The position numbers and the translations under genes were made by a program. The notes under the pieces were generated by a model. It was given only the letters and a program-made list of their open reading frames with translations, had not been told where the DNA came from and did no database searches. From positions 8,060,001 to 8,124,000 of the forward strand of contig OZ024759.1 in the NCBI GenBank assembly GCA_964016885.1: DNA of 64,000 nt, written 5' to 3'. This document shows, piece by piece, positions 55,259 through 64,000 of the stretch. Within the stretch, counting starts at the first letter, position 1; each line of letters opens with the position of its first letter. This DNA is from Eledone cirrhosa (lineage: Eukaryota).

Positions 55259-55542
55259 AGGGGGATAACCATACGGTTGTCCCCTTTGATTCTGCTGGAC
55301 ATCACCAGAGGGCGTTTGCATAGCTTCGGCTTCCTAAAACCGTATTTCCTTGGAGATACGAAATATTTATACATGTTGTATAAAGCTATGCTTGAAGCGA
55401 AATCCTATTTCTTTTCTATTCTAAGTTGAGCCAACTTATGCAGCTTCATATGCAAATGAGATTAATCACCTCATTTACACAGACGAGAAAAGTATATTTT
55501 CTCGCCCGTCTTCTAGTCTAACATTCACAAGCGGTGGGAGGG

Positions 55543-55586
55543 ACCATCCTGACGAAGGCTAGTTAAGCCTGAAATGCATAGACGGT
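55543..55586 (+). ncRNA. Minimal Type I hammerhead ribozyme motif
   Basis: accatc-CTGACGA-aggct agtta agcct-GAAA-tgca-TA-gacggt. Confidence 0.8.
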
Positions 55587-56492
55587 TGTCCCCCTTGCTT
55601 CTGCTGGACATCACCAGAGGGCGTTAGCACCCCGGTGTTTGCATAGCTACGGCTTCCTTGGAGATACAAAATATTTATACATATTGAATAAAGCTATGCT
55701 TGAAGCGAAATCCTATTTCTTTTATATATATATTTGGGTTTTGCCTGCCGCAATTTTCAATTTGTCAAGCTATCTAAAAGTATGTTATTACTCTAAGGGC
55801 CTACCCTTATTGAGTGCTTTGCTACTCATTCCTTATTGTAAGTCGACTTTACTTGGCCACAGCCAAAGCTTCAATTTGATTAAGCTTCCACTTGTATTAT
55901 TATCTCCTAGACCTAATAATTAATTAATTAATTTAATTAGACAATTCTGTTGATTGGTTAATTATTTATGTTTGTTTAATAACATTTAGTCGAGAGGTTT
56001 TATTCGGAATGTTGAGTGGAATTATTCTCCTTTGTTAACACTTTGAATTTACCCGCCAAAAACCGGGGATTACTTCCCTTGTTGGAAATAACCCGTGACA
56101 ACGAAAGACTAAAGGCTGTCTATTGTAGCAGTCGTCATGAGTTGCAGTTCACACCTGTTTGAGGCATAGAACGAAATACCTGTCGATGAAGTGAATCCCC
56201 TGTTCCATCATAGAATACCACAAACTTACGTATTACGTAAGTGGGATTGATGATTTCGGAGTCATAGAAACATATCGGACGTATTGCAGAATATCGTTCG
56301 ATCTGTCCAGGTCTGTTGTCTGACCTGATTAGTTCTTTCGTTGTTTTGGTACTGTATGGCTGGGTTTTGCCTGCCGCAATAAAGTTATTACTCTAAGGAC
56401 CTACCCTTATTGAGTGCTTTGCTACTCATTCCTTATTGTAGGTTGACTTTGATTGGCCGCAGCCAAAGGTTCGATTTTACTAAACTTCCACT

Positions 56493-56551
<59 letters not shown>

Positions 56552-56552
<1 letters not shown>

Positions 56553-56938
56553 ATCATCATCATCACCATCATTTTACGTCCGCTTTTCCCTGCTTGCAAG
56601 GGTGGGACGGGGAAATGCTTCTGGCTTGATTTCTACAGCTGGATGCCCTTCCTCACACCAACCTCATTTACAGTGAGTGCTGGGTGCTTTTTTTGGCTGT
56701 GGTGCCTACACGACCACTTTACAGTGAGTGCTGGGTGCTGTTTTGCTGTGGCACCTCCACGACCACTTTGCAGTGGAATGATAGGGACCCCACTCCCTAT
56801 TATCTCATTTCTACAGCTGAGTAAACTGGAGCAATGTGAAATAAAGTGTCTTGCTCAAGGAAACAACACATCACCCGGTCTGAGAATTGAACTCACAACC
56901 TTTTGATTACAAGGCCAATGCTCTAACCACTAAGCCAT
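56552..56938 (-). mobile_element. SINE family A with duplicated ~48-bp internal unit
   Basis: Consensus match. Confidence 0.88.
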
Positions 56939-57502
56939 TTTATATATGTGCCACCCACGCTATATGCGATTAGTGCAGGCATATTGTGCTGCCGTTACAT
57001 GTAGGCATATTGTTCAGACACCCTCGGACTCACACCGCCACGTGATCAGGGTCAAGGCCTCAAATGCGTTGTCTCATACAATACTGTGTGCACCATCTGC
57101 GCAGCAGCGCGTGGGGGGACAGATGGGGGGGGGCACTCATCAAGTATATGCATCCGGTGTTGAGCACGTGGTATGTATGCGTGCCCACACAGATATGCAT
57201 GAGCACGAGTGTGCACATGCATGGGTCGATGTATTTGTCTGAGCATGTCTGAGTGGAGGTACGGATGACTTTCCATAGATTTTTCTTTTCTTATCTGCCT
57301 ATATATGTGCGGCATCTTGGCTACACACGCTACCCTGAGTCCAGTGTGTGGGTGTAGAACTGGGGAGACATATCCGAGGACCGCGCGATTTCAGAGTCAG
57401 GTTTGATCACCATATCGATCGTGCCTCGAGCTGGTCGCCCGAGAAACATTTGTAATATGTCCAATAAATTCCTTTCGTCGCATCACTGATTCTCTTTTTT
57501 CT

Positions 57503-57533
<31 letters not shown>

Positions 57534-57916
57534 CATCATCATCATCGTTTAACGTCTATCTTCCATGCTAGCATGGGTTAGACGGGAATTGTCCCATTTG
57601 AGGGAGGCAAGATTGGTTGGGTGACCGTGTCTCGCTCGTATAGGACTATCTGGCAGGTTTTCTACGGCTGGATGCCCTTCATAACAGTGTGGACTGGGCG
57701 GTTTTTACCGTGTTACCTACACTTCCATCAATTTTGATTGCCCTGCACTTTTTTTATACAGCTGTTGTCTTTCATGCGCATCACGTGGCCATACCAACGT
57801 AGTCTTCTCTCAAGCAAACAGCATCTGATCCCTCTTATTCCTAATTTCTCACTTCGTTCATTTATATATATATATAAAAATATATACACACACACAGATA
57901 ACATACACATGTAGAT

Positions 57917-57984
<68 letters not shown>

Positions 57985-57986
<2 letters not shown>

Positions 57987-58410
57987 ATGTAGGGGCTCCC
58001 AAAGGAGCACTGAGTGCAATGTCAACTCTGGATGTCGGTGAGCATGTCCAGCCAACCTCAGTCTCCTCTGTGTCACTTTTGAGCTGACTTTTGGGAGGCT
58101 CCCATACAGCTCTGAGTTTTTCATCCTCAGTGTATACTGATTAATGTTCAGAGCCATCCTCAGCATTCTCGTGTAGCACCCATCCACCATCTGAGTGAGT
58201 CTCTTGGTCAGTGTCCAAGTCTCAGACCCATACAGCAGCACAGACTCCACTAGAAGAGGAAGACCAAGGTTAACATATGTTGATGCCCTAAGGACAGACA
58301 CTGGTCTATTGGAGATACAGGACATGGCAGCGATAATGAGGGACAGAGACCGCTGGAGAGAACTCGTCCATGGATCTCGGGAATTTTACCCGCCTTAGAT
58401 AGATAGATAG
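57985..58410. mobile_element. RTE-like LINE 3' end with 5' inversion
   Basis: Minus-strand RT C-terminal part at 57985-58250 is joined to the plus-strand terminal part RRGRPRLTYVD...EFYPP* and an (agat)n tail. Confidence 0.8.
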
Positions 58411-59171
58411 ATATATATATGTGTGTGTTCACATGAAAGAAAAACTTTACAAAAAATATAAATAACTAAAAATACAAATAAGAGAACAATGAACCTAACT
58501 CCAAATATTCACAGCCAAATGTGATAAGAGACGAGAGAACCTATGGATGGCTGGGATAAGTCAAAAGCCATCTATATTTGTATGTAACACCAAAATAAAT
58601 GAGTGAAAGAAAGGGATGAGTTTCGAGAGAGAGAGAGAGAGAGAGAGAATGTCCCTTGTGGTTGATTTTGAAAATAGTTGAAATATATGTTGCGATATAT
58701 ATATATATTAATACTCACAACACATGCACATTTGAATATTACTGGAACAATTATCACATTACATCCACCATAAACTTCATAGAAACTGCTTTTCATACCC
58801 ACGCATCTCTGCCTGCTTAATATGCTTTTATACCTGTATTGTATTATGTAATACCTTTGCCATACTGTGATATATATGCTTAGTACCATTGCTTGTTTAT
58901 TACCTGCTTATTCTGTACATTCCTAACACATCTGCACTCTCTACACGCTTGCGTATGTACCACTAATGTCCTCGTTTTGCGAGTAACTTTCTTCTTTAAT
59001 TCCTCTATAATTGTTGTATTATTCTTTTATAATCTCTGTCGTATCCACTGATACTGACCACATTATCTTCACTCTTTAAATATGACACTGTTAATGACAA
59101 CACTAACATCTATGTATCTTTACAATTGTTCTGTCGAATAGGAGGTTACTTATATGTCTAAACTTTGCTAG

Positions 59172-59218
59172 TGCTCTGATGATTCCAAACGAAAGTTTGG
59201 AAGAAACGATTGTCAGCA
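59172..59218 (+). ncRNA. Type I hammerhead ribozyme motif (canonical core, GAAA tetraloop)
   Basis: tgct-CTGATGA-ttccaaac gaaa gtttggaa-GAAA-cgattg-TC-agca-ataaa. Confidence 0.85.
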
Positions 59219-59386
59219 ATAAAATGTTTTGAACATAGTTTTGATTATTCTGTAATTTATATTCCTGCTCTGTAAAACATCTGATGTATTTACATTGAGC
59301 TATTTTTCTTACTGGTAATAAGGTAGTAATGAATTACTGACCTTTCCTGTATATAGTGTATATATAAGTAAAAATATTATTATCAT

Positions 59387-59443
<57 letters not shown>

Positions 59444-59664
59444 AGATCAAAAGATGGTTAAAAGAGTTCCATGTATTTTATTATGCGCATTTCAAAAACA
59501 AATATCATCATGCAATAACATTTGCGTTTTCGTCAGATAAAATAGGGAGACATGATATGAAGGTTAAAACACACTTGTGGATAGTGCAGTTTTAAATCAA
59601 CATATTGCACTATCAAAAGCTGCACTATTCACAAGTGTGTTTTAACCTTCATATCATGTCTCCC

Positions 59665-59735
59665 TATTTTATCTGACGAAAACGCAAATGTTATTGCATG
59701 ATGATATTTGTTTTTGAAATGCGCATAATAAAATA
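59665..59735 (+). ncRNA. Type I hammerhead ribozyme motif
   Basis: tattttat-CTGACGA-aaa.gcaaatgtta...gatatttgttttt-GAAA-tgcgca-TA-ataaaata. Minus copies at ~51206-51274, 59473-59545 and 59936-60005. Confidence 0.8.
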
Positions 59736-59858
59736 CATGGAACTCTTTTAACCATCTTTTGATCTTATATATTATGTATACTCCAGTCCTACAAACTGTA
59801 GAGTGCTTCTTATCCGATATCTGCATTGCTTTATTGTACTACAATAAAACTCACCTCC

Positions 59859-59899
<41 letters not shown>

Positions 59900-60167
59900 T
59901 ATATAAGAACAAAAGATGGTTAAAAGAGTTCCATGTATTTTATTATGCGCATTTCAAAAACAAATATCATCATGCAATAATATTTGTGTTTTCATCAGAT
60001 AAAACAGGAGAACATGAGATGAAGGTTAAAAACACTTGTGGATAGTTCAGTTTTAAATCAACATATTCTTATATATTATGTATACTCCAGTCCCACAAAC
60101 TGTAGAGTGCTTCTTATCCGATATCTGCATTGCTTTATTGTACTACAATAAAACTCACCTCCTACAT

Positions 60168-60236
<69 letters not shown>

Positions 60237-60466
60237 TACTGTTCTCACACTAGTAATTCTGTCTATCTATGTCCCCTCTGTGTAGATTTTTTAACTCTTT
60301 GCCCTCACCCTCACCCTACACTCTAAAACAAACTATTCTGTTGGTTAACCCTATTATTTCTCACACACCCACACCCTCTTTTTCTTAATCCATTCTGACA
60401 CACACACACACACGTGTATCTGCATTGTTTAATTTCATTTACTATCTCTCCCTCTTACTATCTTGT

Positions 60467-61037
60467 TCCACCACTACTACCACCACCACTACCACTACAC
60501 CACCACCACCACTACCACCACCACCACACCACTACCACTACTACTACCACCACCACCACACCACCACCACCCCTACCACAACTACCACCACCACTACCAC
60601 ACCACCACCACCACTACCACTACTACCACCACCACTACCACTACCACCACCACCACTACCACCACCACTACACCATCACCACCACCACCACCACTACCAC
60701 TACTACCACCACTACACCACCACTACACCACCGCCACCACCACTACACCACCACCATCACTACCACTACACCATCACCACCACCACCACTACCACTATAC
60801 CACCACGACCACTACACCATCACCACCACCACCACCACCACACCATCACCACCACCACTACTACCACCACCACCACCACCACTACACCACCACACCATCA
60901 CCACCACCACCACCACCACCACTACACCACCACCACCACCACTACACCACCACACCATCACCACCACCACTACTACCACCACCACCACCACCACTACTAC
61001 CACCACCACCACCACCACCACCACCACCACCACCACC
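60467..61037. repeat. (CAC/TAC)n low-complexity tract
   Basis: Direct inspection. Similar tract at 37490-37970. Confidence 0.95.
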
Positions 61038-61764
61038 CTCTACAAGTTATCTTTGTTAAATATCTAAATCTATTAATCCCATATATTCTCTTTCTCCCCT
61101 CTCTCTACACCTATCTCCCCCTCTCTCCCCTCTCTCTACACCTATCTCTCCCCTCTCTCTAAACCTATCTCTCCCCTCCCTCCCATTCTTTGTCTACAAC
61201 CACAATGAACACAAACTGATATTGCCCCCCCCCCCCTCCCTCCGGAACAATCTGTGGAGGAGGAGGGGTGCGGTGGCTCATCTTCCCCACCACAGGGGGC
61301 TGTCACTACCCACACACTGACACCCCCCAAGCTATCAGGTCCACCTGCATATATCTTTTGTTGTTAGATGTTTCGCGCCAACACACTCCCCGTGTTGTCC
61401 CCCCCCCCCCCACACACACACGGGTGCACACAACTCACACACATACACAGATGCATATAGTGCACACATACACACACACAGATACCAACACCCATACAGA
61501 CCCCCCCCCCCCACCACCACCCCACAAGAAAATCTAAAAAGAAACACTAGAGAATGCTGCTTGTGAAAATCATCCCCACCACCAGTAACATAGCTAGGAG
61601 GGGTTCCCCACACACCCTGGTCCCAGGGAGCATCAAGGTTTCCCAACCTGGGAAATATTGCCCATCAGTGAGTGATGTCTGTTGTTGGGTGGCCAATAGG
61701 ATTTTTGAGTATTAAGAAGGAATTTCAACATGTGCACCACCCCGCATAGATCCAGTGAAGCCTT

Positions 61765-63999
61765 CAGCCCACACTGTAAAGTGGTTGTGTAGGTGTCATG
61801 ACAAAAAGTACCCAGTCCACACTGTAAAGTGGTTGTGTAGGTGTCATGACAAAAAGTACCCAGTCCACACTGTAAAGTGGTTGTGTAGGTGTCATGACAA
61901 AAAGCACCCAGCCCACACTGTAAAGTGGTTGTGTAGGTGTCATGACAAAAAGTACCCAGTCCACACTGTAAAGTGGTTGTGTAGGTGTCACAACAAAAAG
62001 TACCCAGTCCACACTGTAAAGTGGTTGTGTAGGTGTCATGACAAAAAGTACCCAGTCCTCACTGTAAAGTGGTTGTGTAGGTGTCATGACAAAAAGTACC
62101 CAGTCCACACTGTAAAGTGGTTGTGTAGGTGTCATGACAAAAAGTACCCAGTCCACACTGTAAAGTGGTTGTGTAGGTGTCATGACGAAAAGTACCCAGT
62201 ACACACTGTAAAGTGGTTGTGTAGGTGTCATGACAAAAAGTACCCAGTCCACACTGTAAAGTGGTTGTGCAGGTGTCATGAGAAAAAGTACCCAGTCCAC
62301 ACTGTAAAGTGGTTGTGTAGGTGTCATGAGAAAAAGTACCCAGTCCACACTGTAAAGTGGTAGTGTAGGTGTCATGACAAAAAGTACCCAGCCCACACTG
62401 TAAAGTGGTTGTGTAGGTGTCATGAGAAAAAGTAAACAGTCCACACTGTAAAGTGGTTGTGTAGGTGTCATGAGAAAAAGTACCCAGTCCACACTGTAAA
62501 GTGGTTGTGTAGGTGTCATGAGAAAAAGTACCCAGTCCACACTGTAAAGTGGTAGTGTAGGTGTCATGAGAAAAAGTACCCAGTCCACACTGTAAAGTGG
62601 TTGTGTAGGTGTCATGACAAAAAGTACCCAGTCCACACTGTAAAGTGGTTGTGTAGGTGTCATGAGAAAAAGTACCCAGTCCACACTGTAAAGTGGTAGT
62701 GTAGGTGTCATAACAAAAAGTACCCAGTACACACTGTAAAGTGGTTGCGTAGGTGTCACAATAAAAAGTACCCAGTCCACACTGTAAAGTGGTTGTGTAG
62801 GTGTCACCACAAAAAGTACCCAGTCCTCACTGTAAAGTGGTTGTGTAGGTGTCACAATAAAAAGTACCCAGTCCACACTGTAAAGTGGTTGTGTAGGTGT
62901 CACAACAAAAGTACCTAGTACACACTGTAAAGTGGTTGTGTAGGTGTCATGACAAAAAGTACCCAGTCCACACTGTAAAGTGGTTGTGTAGGTGTCATGA
63001 CAAAAAGTACCCAGTCCTCACTGTAAAGTGGTTGTGTAGGTGTCATGACAAAAAGTACCCAGTACACACTGTAAAGTGGTTGTGTAGGTGTCACAACAAA
63101 AGACACCCAGTCCACACTGTAAAGTGGTCATGTAGGTGTCACAACAAAAAACACCCAGTCCACACTGTAAAGTGGTTGTGTAGGTGTCACAACAAAAGAC
63201 ACCCAGTCCACACTGTAAAGTGGTCATGTAGGTGTCACAACAAAAAACACCCAGTCCACACTGTAAAGTGGTTGTGTAGGTGTCATGACAAAAAGTACCC
63301 AGTCCTCACTGTAAAGTGGTTGTGTAGGTGTCACAACAAAAAGTACCCAGTCCACACTGTAAAGTGGTTGTGTAGGTGTCACAACAAAAGACACACAGTC
63401 CACACTGTAAAGTGGTCATGTAGGTGTCACAACAAAAAACACCCAGTCCACACTGTAAAGTGGTTGTGTAGGTGTCATGACAAAAAACACCCAGTCCACA
63501 CTGTAAAGTGGTTGTGTAGGTGTCACAATAAAAAGTACCCAGTCCACACTGTAAAGTGGTCGTGTAGGTCTCACAACAAAAAGTACCCAGTCCACACTGT
63601 AAAGTGGTCGTGTAGGTCTCACAACAAAAAGTACCCACTCCACTCTGTAAAGTGGTTGTGTAGGTCTCACAACAAAAAGTACCCAGTCCACACTGTAAAG
63701 TGGTTGTGTAGGTGTCACAACAAAAGACACCCAGTCCACATTGTAAAGTGGTCATGTAGGTCTCACAACAAAAAGTACCCAGTCCACACTGTAAAGTGGT
63801 TGTGTAGGTGACACCACAAAAAGCACCCAGTCCACACTGTAAATGAAGTTGGTGTTAGGAAGGGCATCCAGCTGTAGAAACCAAGCCAAAACCAGTTCTG
63901 TATGAGCATGACATGGTCACCTGACCTAGCATTGCTCCCAACAGGACAACTTGTCTAACCCATGCTAGTGTGGACAAATTAACTAAAAACGGTGATGAT
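61765..63999 (+). repeat. 48-bp minisatellite (~43 copies) ending in an RTE-type SINE tail
   Basis: Unit cccagtccacactgtaaagtggttgtgtaggtgtcatgacaaaaagta, then ggtgttaggaagggcatccagctgtagaaacc...ggtgatgatg. Confidence 0.92.
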
Positions 64000-64000
64000 G

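Noticed and set aside
61755-63811. Cys/His-rich repeat ORFs resembling zinc fingers
   Set aside because: Translation of a 48-bp minisatellite derived from a non-coding SINE/LINE UTR module.

Overview
AT-rich, repeat-saturated eukaryotic genomic DNA. The repeat landscape suggests an octopus-like cephalopod, which is an inference and was not checked against a database. The only host gene is a minus-strand SLC7-family L-type amino acid transporter light chain (LAT2/SLC7A8-like). I could splice seven coding exons by hand with canonical GT-AG sites and consistent phases (36034-35545, 16267-16142, 11187-11088, 9205-9161, 6007-5884, 4286-4183, 138-42), and the gene continues past the left edge. Introns and upstream DNA hold a near full-length degenerate RTE LINE with a PHD-like finger inside its RT, a CR1-group LINE fragment, a Tc1 element, two tRNA-derived SINE families, Penelope-like element (PLE) RT and GIY-YIG relics, and many minisatellites built from transposon modules. 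The most striking unannotated signal is about 15-20 Type I hammerhead ribozyme motifs from at least 8 sequence families. They sit in short non-coding fold-back elements embedded in (TA)n tracts, and several fold-back centres fall on the ribozyme stem II hairpin. Almost all long ORFs in the supplied track are artefacts of tandem repeats.
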